Below are positions 31,477-42,010 of a stretch of DNA of 64,000 nt, piece by piece (within the stretch, counting starts at the first letter, position 1; every line of letters starts with the position of its first letter). The stretch comes from an uncultured Gemmatimonadota bacterium. GTDB taxonomy: Bacteria; SM23-81; DAOVCL01. Position numbers and translations under genes: made by a program. The notes beneath the pieces were generated by a model. It ran no database searches, was not told the DNA's origin, and saw nothing but the letters and a program-made list of their open reading frames with translations. The stretch covers positions 1 through 64,000 of the forward strand of contig CAZVGK010000009.1 of the NCBI GenBank assembly GCA_964626665.1, in the 5' to 3' direction.

Positions 31477-34400
31477 ATGAAAACAAAGATTCTGTTTGTA
31501 GCTTTGATATCGGTTATGCTTGCCTTACCCTTAGGATTTGGTAAGGTAAATGCACAGCAGTGTGCCGATTCTATGATTGCTTCTAATAGAGAGGGATATA
31601 CCGGTGATACTGGGATAATTGTCCCCATTTATGGCAAGGTTTGTGGCCTAGATATAGGGGGGGATTTAGAGGATTTGGATGGGGTTAGTTTCGCCATGCA
31701 ATATGACACCAGCCTTGTGGTCTGCGACACTATTTTGTATGATGTAAGTGATCCTGTTTATCCAAGTTTTCACGATAGCATTCCCAATCCCTTCTTTTGG
31801 GCCCCTTACATTGACCCTTCTGGCTATGTTACCGTAGGGCTTGCCTTTGCTATGCTGGGAACACCTGACATACCACCCGGCCGTTATCGTATGTTTGATT
31901 TAGTTTTTAAGGTAAAACCGGGGGCTCCTCCGGGGGTTACACCTTTAGACATTGAAGATGGTGTTGGCGGTATGAGGAATGCTTTTACTTATGTAACCAC
32001 TGATGTTTATCCCGAATTGATAGATGGCGATTTTATTGTTCTACCAGATTCTTTAACCTTAATATTTGACCCCTTGCCTCCATATAGATTGGGTGAAGGG
32101 GAAAACCTGGGTGTCGAGGTTACAGCTATTGATCCTAATCCGACCCATTTTGTTACTCTAAGTGCCGCTGGTTTAATGGAGAACATGAGTTTTCCGGAGA
32201 CCAGCGATTTCTTTTTTGCAACTGGCACCTTCACCTTCTATCCAAACCAGTGCCAGGCGGGTGTATATAATGTTGTGTTTTTTGCCGACTGTGACTTTGG
32301 TTGCCATGTAGAAATCCCGGTAACGATGACCGTGGATAACATCAACCGGACTCCGAGACTCGATGCTGGTCCTGATCGAGCTATTATAGCAGGAGATACT
32401 TTGACCTTCACCGTTACTGCCACCGATCCCGATTACTGGGAATGTGGCGATGATACCCTCACCCTGAATGCCACCAGTCTTCCTGGGGCGGCAACTTTTG
32501 TTCAAGACAGCGATACGACAGGCATATTTAGTTGGGTCCCTGATTTAGCAGATACGGGAGAGTATACCGTTATCTTCTCCGTTGAGGATCTTGCTGGTAC
32601 TACCGATAGCGAACCAGTAGAGATTACTGTCTCGCCACACACTCTGGTTATAATGACGATTCCCGATTCTCCTCCGACCACTGTGAATGAAGGATCGGCC
32701 TTGATTTTCGATGTTAGAGCCATTAATTCTTCTTCAGAGCATACGGTGGATCTGTACGCTATTTATTTGCCAGCCAACGCTAACTTTCCTTCTGAAACTG
32801 GTGCTGGCTCTGTGCAATCCACATTCACTTTTAACCCGAATTACTGTCAGGCAGGGAGTGATAGTGTCGTCTTTGAAGCGCATTGTTCTGGAAATCTTAC
32901 CACCACTCGTACGGTGTATCTTACTGTGAACGATATACCCAAGGCTCCAAATATAGAAGCAGGCGGTCCATATAGTGCCAAACCAAATCATCTTTTGACT
33001 TTTAGGGTAATGGCAGCCGATCCAGACCTGAAATGTGGCGATGAGGCCCTCATTTTAAGCGCCCTTAATCTCCCCGGAGGCGTTACCTTTAGCCAGGATA
33101 GCGACACTACGGGAGTTTTCAATTGGATTCCCGTTGAAGCCGATACGGGATCTTACACGGTTACCTTTATCGTCGATGATCACACGGCACTGGCTGATAG
33201 TGATCAGGCTACAATTAAAGTAGTTGTCTATGACTTTGAAGATGTCACCGATGATGCTTTTGTGGGGGATGAAGGGCGAGGGCATGGAGTGGCCTGGGGT
33301 GACTGGGATGGGGATGGGGATCTGGATATTTACATTGTGAATTATAACGAGCCCAATGTTCTTTATCGCAACAACGGCGATGGCACCTTTACGAATGTAG
33401 CTGCGGCCGCTGGTGTTGCTCATGCTGGTGCTGGACACGGTTCGGCTTGGGGAGATTTCGACAACGACGGCGATCTTGACCTTTATGTCACCAATGATGG
33501 GCCAAACATTCTTTATCGCAACAATGGTGATGGTACCTTCACTGATGTTACCAGCACGGCGGGTGTAGGGAACATTGATTGGGGAAGGGGTACCGCCTGG
33601 GGCGATTTTGATAACGATGGTAACTTAGACCTCTACGTTGTTAATAGTTTATCGACTCAAACGAGCGTTCTTTATCGTAACAATGGTGATGGCATCTTCA
33701 CCGATGTTACCAGCACGGCCGGTGTCGAGTTTATGGGAAATGGAAGAGGGGTAGCTTGGGGTGACTGCGACTCCGACGGTGATTTGGATCTATATGTAGT
33801 AAACCATTGGCCAGGGGGAAGTGCTCTTTATCGCAACAACGGTGATGGCACCTTTACAAACGTTGCTAGTTCAGCCGGGGTGGGGAACAATGGGTTGGGT
33901 ACGGGCGTTGCCTGGGGCGATTATGACTCAGACGGCCACCTGGATCTCTCTGTCGTGAATTATGGTGGCTACGGAAACTTCCTGTATCGCAACAACGGTG
34001 ATGGCACTTTCAACGACGTAACCGGGACTGCCGGAGTGGGCCTGGTGGATAATGGATATGGTACTGCCTGGGCGGACTATGATTTAGATGCTGACCTCGA
34101 CCTCTATGTGGTTAACTATCAAGGAGGGCGAAAAGCTTACGGAATTAACATTCTCTATTCTAACAACGGTGACGAAACTTTCTCTGACGCTACCGAAAGG
34201 GCAGGTGTAGGAGATCCTGGCTACGGATACGGAACCGCTTGGGGTGATTACGACGACGATGGTGATTTGGACCTCTATGTGGTGAACCACGATCAAGCCA
34301 ATATTCTCTATCAGAATCAGACTGACAATGTCGACTTCATTAAGGTGGTAGTTGAGGGTGCAGCATATTTAGGTCCCGGGTTTAGCAATAGAGATGGCAT

Positions 34401-37020
34401 GGGGGCCAAGGTTGAGGTTCACCAAGCGGGGACCGAGACTCTACTTGGTTTTAGGGAGGTAAGAGGTGGATCTGGTTACTGTTCAATGAACTCTTTAGAA
34501 GCTGAGTTTGGCTTAGATCACAACTATGCTTACGATCTGAAGGTCACATTCCCTGCAAGTGGTGTGGTCAGGGTTTATTCTAACCTAACCACAGGTCAAA
34601 AAATTCTCGTCTATGAGGAAAGAGCACCATTTGCCTTTTCGCTTATCTCGCCTGCAGATGGAGACACGGCTTGGAGTCTAACTCCGACGATGACCTGGCA
34701 AAGGGCTGTTGATCCTGATCCAGGTGATATCGTCACTTACACTGTTTACTACTCCGAGGATAATACTTTTGCCACCTATGATTCTCTTCCTGATGTCGGA
34801 GATACTACCTGCAGTTTACCGGAACTAACCGATGATACCGTTTACTACTGGAAGGCAAAAGGAAGGGACAATTGGGGCCTGGAGGCCTGGAGTGTTGAGA
34901 CCTTCAGTTTCAATGTCTACTTTCCGGAAGCGCCGAATGCTTTCGATTTACTATACCCTACTGATGGAGATACGATCTATGCTGGCATGGTGACACTGGA
35001 TTGGGAGGAGGCAACCGAACCCGATCCTGGAGATAGTGTCCTTTATACTCTCCATTATAGTATTTCTCCTGAATTTCATCCAGATTCTACAAATATTGTT
35101 GACAGTCTAAGTGAGAGCCAGTATCTCATAGTCTCGGGGTTACCTGACGATGCAAAGATCTATTGGAAGGTGAAGGCCTTTGATATCTTTGGTTTAGAGA
35201 CCTGGAGCAAACAGATCGATTGGAGTTTTTATGTATATACTCCGGAAGCTCCACATACCTTCAGTCTTATTTCACCAGCAGATAGAGATACAGTTTGGAG
35301 TTTCACTCCGACCTTAATCTGGCAGAGGGCCGTTGATCCTGATCCAGGTGATAGCGTCACTTATACTCTCTACTACTCCACAGATAGTGCTTTCGTTGTT
35401 CAGGATTCAGTATCCCCTCTTGCAGATACTACTTGCACATTGCCAATACTGACAGATGACTCTACTTACTACTGGAAGGTAAAGGGAACAGATAATTTTG
35501 GTTTAGAGGCCTGGAGTGTTGAGATTTTTAGTTTCAATGTTTATCTCGTTGAACCCCCTGACTCGTTCGATCTTTTCACTCCAATAGATGGTGATACGGT
35601 TTACGCAGGTATTCCAATTAGGTTAGACTGGGAGGATGCATCGGATCCTGATCCGGGAGATATTATTCTCTACGCCCTGTACTTAAGTTTAAATTCAGAT
35701 TTTTCAGATTCGATGGCGATCGATAGCCTATCAGAGAGTGAATGCACCCTCGATCAGACAAAGGCTTCAACCAAAACTCTCCAAGTTAGAAACCCCGGAC
35801 GCCAAGCCCTCCCAGAAATGAAACTGGAAATGCAAGAGGTGGAGAGTAATAATGCAAGCGAATTTATTGAAAGTAGTTGGAGTATTCCTAAGAGCAACCT
35901 TGATAGCCTGTTAGCTGACACCACCTATTATTGGAAGGTGAAAGCTTATGATAGATGGGGAACTGAGAAATGGAGTAACCAACTGAATTGGAATTTTTAT
36001 GTGCAATTTAGCTCGCTTTTCATCAGGGGTGACTACGACGCAAATGGAGAGTTGGCTATGGCTGATGCCCTTGGGCTTCTAGTGTGGAAGTATCATCAGC
36101 CTGGTGGGGTTCCTCCTCCCTGTGAGGATGCTGCGGATTACGATGACAACGGGGATATTTCTATGGCCGATGCTGTAGGGCTTCTGCTCTTCAAATATCA
36201 TCAGCCTGGTGGGGTTCCTCCTCCACCTCCCTATCCAGATTGCGGGCCCGATCCCACGAAAGATGGTTTGAGCTGTGACAGCTATCCTCCCTGTAATTGG
36301 CCCCCCAAGGCTACCGAGCTTGTAGTATCTTCTCTTCTGGTAAGTGTAGAGGTTGCCCCCAATGTGGTGAAGGTGGGAGATGGCTATCTTGCCAAGGATG
36401 GCTTGGTAGTTGTTCCTGTGGAGCTTACTAACAAGGCTGAGCTGAGAGGATTTGAGTTTACGGTCAACTACGATCCTGCTCTTGTTACTGCGATAGAGGT
36501 TAGAGGTGGAGATGGATATGATTTCTTTGCTCCCTGGATAGATAATGAGGCAGGTAAGGTTACCGTTGGCTGTGTTCCTGATATGAGTATGGAGGAGCCA
36601 TTTGCGGCTGGTCAGAGGGGAGTAGCTGAGATTGCCTTTAAGGCCAAGGCTGATGCCGGGTTGAAGCTATCTGATGTGGCCTTGTATGGGTCTAAGGCGG
36701 AGGCAGTGGATGCTCGTTGGGTGAATGGGGTAGTGAAGGCAGGAGCAGGGTTACCTAAGGAGTTTGCTCTGAAACAGAATTATCCCAACCCATTCAACGC
36801 TATCACCGAGATCAAGTATACTTTGCCAAAGGGTTGTTATGTGGGACTGGAAGTCTATAACGTCTTAGGCCAGAAGGTGGCATGTTTGGTGGATAGGAAA
36901 CAGAAAGCAGGATACAAGACAGCCAGGTGGGATGCGGGGTCTCTCTCCAGTGGGGTCTACTTTTACAGGCTTCAGGCTGGGGATTTTGTGCAGATGAGGA
37001 AGATGGTGCTTTTGAAATAA
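31477..37020 (+). CDS. Secreted scaffold-like protein: cohesin-like, Ig repeats, 7 FG-GAP repeats with ASPIC/UnbV (CRTAC1-like), FN3-like repeats, dockerin-like, cohesin-like, CTD
   Basis: Signal peptide VNA-QQ; seven W(G/A)DxDxDxxLD motifs; NRDGMGAKV..REVRGGSGY; YWKxK units; FIRGDYDANG. Confidence 0.82.
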   Translation: MKTKILFVALISVMLALPLGFGKVNAQQCADSMIASNREGYTGDTGIIVPIYGKVCGLDIGGDLEDLDGVSFAMQYDTSLVVCDTILYDVSDPVYPSFHDSIPNPFFWAPYIDPSGYVTVGLAFAMLGTPDIPPGRYRMFDLVFKVKPGAPPGVTPLDIEDGVGGMRNAFTYVTTDVYPELIDGDFIVLPDSLTLIFDPLPPYRLGEGENLGVEVTAIDPNPTHFVTLSAAGLMENMSFPETSDFFFATGTFTFYPNQCQAGVYNVVFFADCDFGCHVEIPVTMTVDNINRTPRLDAGPDRAIIAGDTLTFTVTATDPDYWECGDDTLTLNATSLPGAATFVQDSDTTGIFSWVPDLADTGEYTVIFSVEDLAGTTDSEPVEITVSPHTLVIMTIPDSPPTTVNEGSALIFDVRAINSSSEHTVDLYAIYLPANANFPSETGAGSVQSTFTFNPNYCQAGSDSVVFEAHCSGNLTTTRTVYLTVNDIPKAPNIEAGGPYSAKPNHLLTFRVMAADPDLKCGDEALILSALNLPGGVTFSQDSDTTGVFNWIPVEADTGSYTVTFIVDDHTALADSDQATIKVVVYDFEDVTDDAFVGDEGRGHGVAWGDWDGDGDLDIYIVNYNEPNVLYRNNGDGTFTNVAAAAGVAHAGAGHGSAWGDFDNDGDLDLYVTNDGPNILYRNNGDGTFTDVTSTAGVGNIDWGRGTAWGDFDNDGNLDLYVVNSLSTQTSVLYRNNGDGIFTDVTSTAGVEFMGNGRGVAWGDCDSDGDLDLYVVNHWPGGSALYRNNGDGTFTNVASSAGVGNNGLGTGVAWGDYDSDGHLDLSVVNYGGYGNFLYRNNGDGTFNDVTGTAGVGLVDNGYGTAWADYDLDADLDLYVVNYQGGRKAYGINILYSNNGDETFSDATERAGVGDPGYGYGTAWGDYDDDGDLDLYVVNHDQANILYQNQTDNVDFIKVVVEGAAYLGPGFSNRDGMGAKVEVHQAGTETLLGFREVRGGSGYCSMNSLEAEFGLDHNYAYDLKVTFPASGVVRVYSNLTTGQKILVYEERAPFAFSLISPADGDTAWSLTPTMTWQRAVDPDPGDIVTYTVYYSEDNTFATYDSLPDVGDTTCSLPELTDDTVYYWKAKGRDNWGLEAWSVETFSFNVYFPEAPNAFDLLYPTDGDTIYAGMVTLDWEEATEPDPGDSVLYTLHYSISPEFHPDSTNIVDSLSESQYLIVSGLPDDAKIYWKVKAFDIFGLETWSKQIDWSFYVYTPEAPHTFSLISPADRDTVWSFTPTLIWQRAVDPDPGDSVTYTLYYSTDSAFVVQDSVSPLADTTCTLPILTDDSTYYWKVKGTDNFGLEAWSVEIFSFNVYLVEPPDSFDLFTPIDGDTVYAGIPIRLDWEDASDPDPGDIILYALYLSLNSDFSDSMAIDSLSESECTLDQTKASTKTLQVRNPGRQALPEMKLEMQEVESNNASEFIESSWSIPKSNLDSLLADTTYYWKVKAYDRWGTEKWSNQLNWNFYVQFSSLFIRGDYDANGELAMADALGLLVWKYHQPGGVPPPCEDAADYDDNGDISMADAVGLLLFKYHQPGGVPPPPPYPDCGPDPTKDGLSCDSYPPCNWPPKATELVVSSLLVSVEVAPNVVKVGDGYLAKDGLVVVPVELTNKAELRGFEFTVNYDPALVTAIEVRGGDGYDFFAPWIDNEAGKVTVGCVPDMSMEEPFAAGQRGVAEIAFKAKADAGLKLSDVALYGSKAEAVDARWVNGVVKAGAGLPKEFALKQNYPNPFNAITEIKYTLPKGCYVGLEVYNVLGQKVACLVDRKQKAGYKTARWDAGSLSSGVYFYRLQAGDFVQMRKMVLLK

Positions 37021-37042
37021 GGCCAAATGACCTCCTCGCCCC

Positions 37043-37071
37043 TTGACAATAAGGGGAAGGTAGTGTAAATT
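37043..37071 (+). promoter_or_regulatory. sigma70-type promoter overlapped by a palindrome
   Basis: TTGACA-17 nt-TAAATT; CCCCTT-GACAAT-AAGGGG straddles the -35. Confidence 0.55.
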
Positions 37072-37098
37072 ATAGCCTATTTAAAACGGGGGGGTCTT

Positions 37099-37938
37099 AT
37101 GCAGCTTACAGAAGTAGGGCAGCGTCTGAAAGATAAAAGTCTGGACGGGCGGTTGTTATGGGAACTGGAGCATGGCTTTGAGCTCTCACCACGGGAAAGC
37201 GGATTAATTGTTGAAACAGTTCGTTCATACTACAGTCAAGCACCAAAGGCTAAAAGTGGTCGGGTGGGTTTATGGGTTGTTAAACTTGATGCCAGTGTTG
37301 GTAAGCCGCTTAATGAATTGCCAAAGGTTCAGGTATGGGTAACGCTGGATGGTGGTCAGGAGGATTTAGAGGCATACCGGTCATACGGTCATGCTGGATT
37401 ACGCAGGCAAAAACTCCTTCGTATTACCGAGGAGATTGTTGATCAGTATGGTATTGCCACCCAGGAGGATTTGGCGCGTCTTTTAGGGACGAGTCTGCGC
37501 ACGATCAGGCGGGATATTACCTACCTACAAGGTCAAGGTTTACAGGTTTTAACCAGAGGGGTATACTCTGACATTGGTCCGTCATTAAGTCACAAAGTAG
37601 TTATTGTGGAGCTGTTTTTATCTGGTTCTGTTTATACGGAGATTTGTCGGAGGACGCGTCATTCTGCAAAAGCTGTAAAGCGCTATGTCAATACCTTTGG
37701 GCGGGTAGTGGCTTTACATGAGCGGGGGATTAAGGCACCAGAGGAGCTGGCCAACTATGCGGGCATCAGCAAGAGGTTGGCCACTGAGTATCTGAATTTG
37801 TATTTCCAGGTTAGCAAGAGGGCAGCCTTTAAGGAACGCATCAAAGAGGTGTTGGAACAACTTTCATCGCGCCCCAGTTATCCAGGTGTAGATAAGACTG
37901 GTATGAAAAAAGGGGGTCTGGTGGAGGCTGGACGATGA
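37099..37938 (+). CDS. DUF1670-like HTH protein, paralog A
   Basis: TQEDLARLLGTSLRTIRRDI (HTH); TRG..DIGPSLSHK; RTRHS..AVKRY. Confidence 0.75.
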   Translation: MQLTEVGQRLKDKSLDGRLLWELEHGFELSPRESGLIVETVRSYYSQAPKAKSGRVGLWVVKLDASVGKPLNELPKVQVWVTLDGGQEDLEAYRSYGHAGLRRQKLLRITEEIVDQYGIATQEDLARLLGTSLRTIRRDITYLQGQGLQVLTRGVYSDIGPSLSHKVVIVELFLSGSVYTEICRRTRHSAKAVKRYVNTFGRVVALHERGIKAPEELANYAGISKRLATEYLNLYFQVSKRAAFKERIKEVLEQLSSRPSYPGVDKTGMKKGGLVEAGR

Positions 37939-38816
37939 AGGGATATTATGGGGATCGTCGAGACCGTTTTGCCAGCCTGGAGAAACGGACTTTCAGAACA
38001 GCTTTGATCCATTTGTTGGAGACCGAATACAAGCTTATTGGCAGTCATCGGGTTCTGGAAGCCCTTTCAGATGATGTTGCACAGCTTCAGCAGGAGTATT
38101 TTCCCTTACGGGAGCGAATTGAAGCTGGGACAATCGCCTGGGTGACCACCAAGAAGACGGTCCGTAAGGCGAGTTACGGCAAACGCACCGAGGACTATGA
38201 AAGTGTGATGGTGTATTTACCGTTGGTTACGCGGGGCGATTTGGATAAACGCGTTTTTGTAAAGGCGGGGACCAAGAACAGCAATTATGTGGTAAATCGG
38301 GAGCGTGATTTGGAGATCATGGCCCGTTTGGTAAAGTCGGCCTGGGATCAGGGTGGTATGATTTCCCAGGCGGAGCTATGCGTACTGATGAATCGCAGCT
38401 TGACGACGATAGGTAAGTACATAGCGGAGTATGAGGCCAGACATCCGGATGACCCCTTACCGTTAAAGGGGTACATCCTTGATCAAGGCAGTCGCCCAAC
38501 GCACAAAGGCATCATCCTGAACCTTTATGAGCAGGGTATAGATCCGACTGAAATTGCGCAACGCACAAACCACGGACTCGATGCGGTTGATCGCTATATC
38601 AAAGCGTATGAGCGGGTAAAGGGTCTTTATAAGAAGGGACTGGATCGTGCTGAGATTAAGAAAGTGACCGGTTTGAGTTTGAAGGTGATTGACGCATATT
38701 TGAGCATAGTGAAACACTTTCATCCATCGGAGGGTAAACCTGATGTGCTTCTGGCAAAAAAAAGACCCTCAAAAGCAAAACCCTCTCAAAAAAAGCGTAT
38801 AGGTCATTTGGCCTGA
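37935..38816 (+). CDS. DUF1670-like HTH protein, paralog B
   Basis: ATGA overlap with paralog A; QGGMISQAEL; DQGSRPTHK; RTNHG..AVDRYI. Confidence 0.75.
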   Translation: MKGYYGDRRDRFASLEKRTFRTALIHLLETEYKLIGSHRVLEALSDDVAQLQQEYFPLRERIEAGTIAWVTTKKTVRKASYGKRTEDYESVMVYLPLVTRGDLDKRVFVKAGTKNSNYVVNRERDLEIMARLVKSAWDQGGMISQAELCVLMNRSLTTIGKYIAEYEARHPDDPLPLKGYILDQGSRPTHKGIILNLYEQGIDPTEIAQRTNHGLDAVDRYIKAYERVKGLYKKGLDRAEIKKVTGLSLKVIDAYLSIVKHFHPSEGKPDVLLAKKRPSKAKPSQKKRIGHLA

Positions 38817-39440
38817 TAGGAAGTAGGCTGGTGTTTCCAGCACGCAGAACCTGAGATTTGTATCTTTCTAAGCGGTTTGTTTTTACAGGAATACGAGGGG
38901 AATCTGCACCGCTGTACTATTTTTGTTGAGTGAAATTGCTGAAGATTGATCGGAAAAATCTTGAAAAAAGCCTTTTTTCTAACATGTTTTGCCATGGCAA
39001 TATTTAATCGACAGCCACTGGATGATTTTGAATTTTGTATCCATTCACCGCTCATCATCCCTGTGAGAAACAGGGGAAAGCCAAATAAGTGGACCAACAT
39101 GGAAAATTCAGCCGAAAGGGAGCTACTATATGTCGAGCGAAACAATTTTGCCTGTGGTTTCTTAACCATCAAAGCTTTTGTTGAAAGGGGGTGAGAAGAC
39201 AATGTGGGAGGTGCGTGATTTCCTTATGAGTCTGATTTTTAACTGGCCTATTGTCGGCAATCCGAAAGGTTAAGCCATACTGAGTGGTAGATTCAAGTCT
39301 TTCCGTGTTGGTCCATTTTTTATGTAATTAAAGAACTGCTAAGATCAGCCCAAATATACATGATTCAATACCTGGTTTCCATCGATTTGGGTGGTTTTGG
39401 AATCGTGGAAGTAGTTGTAGAGGATGAGCAATTGTTACCT

Positions 39441-39704
39441 TTACCCAAAGAGTTTGTCCACTCCCAGAGCAATTCCAGCTCATTCAATGCTGTCACTCAG
39501 ACCAAATATGCTTCGCCTAAAGATTACAAAGTCAAGTTGGGAGTTTACAACGTCTTAGGCTAAAAGGTGGCTACTTTGGTTAATGGTCACCAGAAAGCCG
39601 AATACAAGACCGTCAGGTGGGATGCGGGCTTCCTCTCCAGGGGCATTTACAGATTAAAGGCTGGTGATTTTGCGCAGATGAGGAAGATGGTTTCGCTGAA
39701 GTAA
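39441..39704 (+). pseudogene. Decayed CTD remnant
   Basis: LPKEFVHSQSNSSSFNA...YNVLG*KVATLV...WDAG...RKMVSLK*; in-frame TAA at 39561; NYPNPFN eroded; 6-nt deletion. Confidence 0.85.
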
Positions 39705-39909
39705 AGCCAAAATGTATGAGGAGGACTCCAAAGGGCCCTCTTCTCCTTTTAGTTGAAGACTACCTCGTTGGTTGTCTGTCCACTGGTGATTTATAATGCA
39801 AAGATAGCTAATAGCCAACCTTTGGCGCGAAATTTAAATAAGGAAGCGATTATTAAAACACTTTTCGCTGTCAGTTTTATGTTGCAAATTAAAAACTCGG
39901 GAGGGAAGA

Positions 39910-41904
39910 ATGCGTAACAAATATTCCGTTATATTAAAGGTTCTCTTAGCCTTTTTCGTCCTTACTGTTTGGGTGAATAATGGGTTTCCTGCTGGTGAAG
40001 AGAAATCGGTAAGTTCGCCGGCAAGGGATACCATTGTTCCAGAGTATTCATATGGTTTGGGATATATTCCATTAGCAGGGAAAGTAGATAGTTCACCACT
40101 CATATCCAGCACATATACTGCTCCTTCTTCGTGGGACTGGCGTAGTGCGACATATGATAGCGTTACGGGGGATTGGACAACTATTGCTAAAAGCCAGGGT
40201 GGTTGCGGTAGTTGCTGGGATTTTGCTGCACACGGGGCTTTAGAGGCAATCATAAATGTAAGAAGTAACAACCCTAATCTAGATTTAGACCTTTCAGAAC
40301 AGTACATTCTGTCCTGCTATAGCGGAGGTTGGGGGTGTAGCGGGTCGAATGCCTATTATGCCTACGAGTATATGTATGATCATGGGGGAGCAGTCCCAGA
40401 AACCTGCTTCCCATATTCTGCTGACGATGACATTCCATGCTCTGATAAGTGTGCAAACTGGCAAGATCTGTTTGTCCCAATTTCATACTATGGCTATAGC
40501 TCATCCCCAAGTATAAATGCCATAAAGGATTACATTTATGAATATGGGCCTCTATGCCTCGCTTTTTCTGTCTATGCTGATTTTTACACCGGAAGTTCAA
40601 GTTTCGATGAAAATGGAGTATACCAATATGATGGTGTTAGTGAGTTAAGGGGTGGTCATCAAATAGTTGCTATTGGTTATGAAGATACCCCCGGCAATCC
40701 GAATTATGATGGTTACTGGATTTGTAAGAACAGTTGGGGGGCAACTTGGGGTCCCTGGGGTGACGGATGCTTTGGAATAGCTTATGGCGAATGCGACATT
40801 GAACAGGAAGCCGTATATGTTGACTGTGACCCGCTAAATGGACCATTCTTTGTCCGGGGGGATTATGATGCCAATGGAGACCTAACTATGGCCGATGCCC
40901 TTGGACTTCTGGCTTGGATCTATCATCAACCTGGAGGGGTTGCTCCTGCTTGTGAGGATGCTGCCGATTATGATGATAATGGGGAAATTGTTATGGCAGA
41001 TGCCTTGAGTCTTCTTCTGTTTAAGTATCATCAACCTGGAGGGGTTGCTCCTTCTCCCCCCTATCCGGACTGTGGAATAGATCCCCCAGGGGATGAGCTT
41101 GGCTGTAATAGCTATTCTCCTTGTGCGGGGGGGGGGGAGAGCAGTGTCCCATCTACTCCGATCAGCGTAGAGGATGCTCCCAATTTGGTCAAGGTGGGAG
41201 AGAGCCATTTGGAGGATGGTTTGGTGGTAGTTCCTGTGGGGCTGACCAACGAGGCCGAGCTGAGAGGGTTTGATTTCACTCTCAACTATGATCCTGCAGT
41301 TGTTACAGCGGTGAAGGTAGAAGACGGAGGTGATTGTGATTTCTTTGCTCCCTGGATAGACAATAATAAGGGTAAGGTTACCGTTGGATGTATTCCTGAT
41401 CTAAGTTTGCGGAGACCATTTACGCCTGGTCAGAGGGTGGTGGCTAGGATTAGCTTACGAAACAAGTCTGATGCCAGCTTAGAGCTGTCTGATGTAGCTT
41501 TGTATGGGTTAAAAGCCCAGTTAGTGGACGCACTGTGGGTGGATGGAATAGCCAAGACTGGTGCAGGGTTACCTAACGAGTTTGCGCTCTCTCAGAACTA
41601 TCCCAATCCATTTAATGCAACAACCGTTATTCGTTATTCGTTACCCGTAGATCGTTCCTCTCGCACTACCCTCAAGAGTCTGGAAGAAGGCAGTTCACGA
41701 GCACGAGCTACGAGCCCGATACACGTTCGTTTGGAAGTGTTCAACATCTTAGGACAGAAGGTAAAAACGTTGGTGGATGGAAAACAAACTCCTGGCTACA
41801 AGTCGGTTAGCTGGAGTGCTCAGGATATGGCCTCTGGTGTCTACTTTTACAAGCTGACTGCTGGCGACTTTGCCTCCATCCGGAAGATGATCTTACTGAA
41901 GTGA
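39910..41904 (+). CDS. C1A papain-like cysteine peptidase with dockerin-like, cohesin-like and CTD modules
   Basis: WDWR, QGGCGSCW, LSEQ, GGHQIVAIGY, WICKNSWG; FVRGDYDANGD. Confidence 0.88.
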   Translation: MRNKYSVILKVLLAFFVLTVWVNNGFPAGEEKSVSSPARDTIVPEYSYGLGYIPLAGKVDSSPLISSTYTAPSSWDWRSATYDSVTGDWTTIAKSQGGCGSCWDFAAHGALEAIINVRSNNPNLDLDLSEQYILSCYSGGWGCSGSNAYYAYEYMYDHGGAVPETCFPYSADDDIPCSDKCANWQDLFVPISYYGYSSSPSINAIKDYIYEYGPLCLAFSVYADFYTGSSSFDENGVYQYDGVSELRGGHQIVAIGYEDTPGNPNYDGYWICKNSWGATWGPWGDGCFGIAYGECDIEQEAVYVDCDPLNGPFFVRGDYDANGDLTMADALGLLAWIYHQPGGVAPACEDAADYDDNGEIVMADALSLLLFKYHQPGGVAPSPPYPDCGIDPPGDELGCNSYSPCAGGGESSVPSTPISVEDAPNLVKVGESHLEDGLVVVPVGLTNEAELRGFDFTLNYDPAVVTAVKVEDGGDCDFFAPWIDNNKGKVTVGCIPDLSLRRPFTPGQRVVARISLRNKSDASLELSDVALYGLKAQLVDALWVDGIAKTGAGLPNEFALSQNYPNPFNATTVIRYSLPVDRSSRTTLKSLEEGSSRARATSPIHVRLEVFNILGQKVKTLVDGKQTPGYKSVSWSAQDMASGVYFYKLTAGDFASIRKMILLK

Positions 41905-41974
41905 CTATACTGTATTAGGAGGGGCTTTCTGAATTTCTTGGTCCTGTGAGTATGGTATCTCTATGAAAGATATG

Positions 41975-42010
41975 GCAGAATACCCCCGTTCGTGAGCGGG
42001 GGATGAATGC
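41975..42010. mobile_element. IS200/IS605-like terminal hairpin remnant, no transposase
   Basis: GAATA-CCCCCGTT-CGTG-AGCGGGGG-ATGAATG resembles IS605-type subterminal palindromes. Confidence 0.5.

Noticed and set aside
30575-36767. DGR template/variable repeat pair
   Set aside because: The copies are identical, with no adenine-specific mismatches, and there is no reverse transcriptase in the window.
38804-39202. ORFs 38804-39202 (-) and 38946-39194 (+) as a transposase
   Set aside because: No DDE, HUH or recombinase motifs and no convincing RBS.
39245-39316. tRNA-like 3' end (TTCAAGT...CCA) as a possible att site
   Set aside because: No proper T-stem, acceptor stem or anticodon arm could be built.
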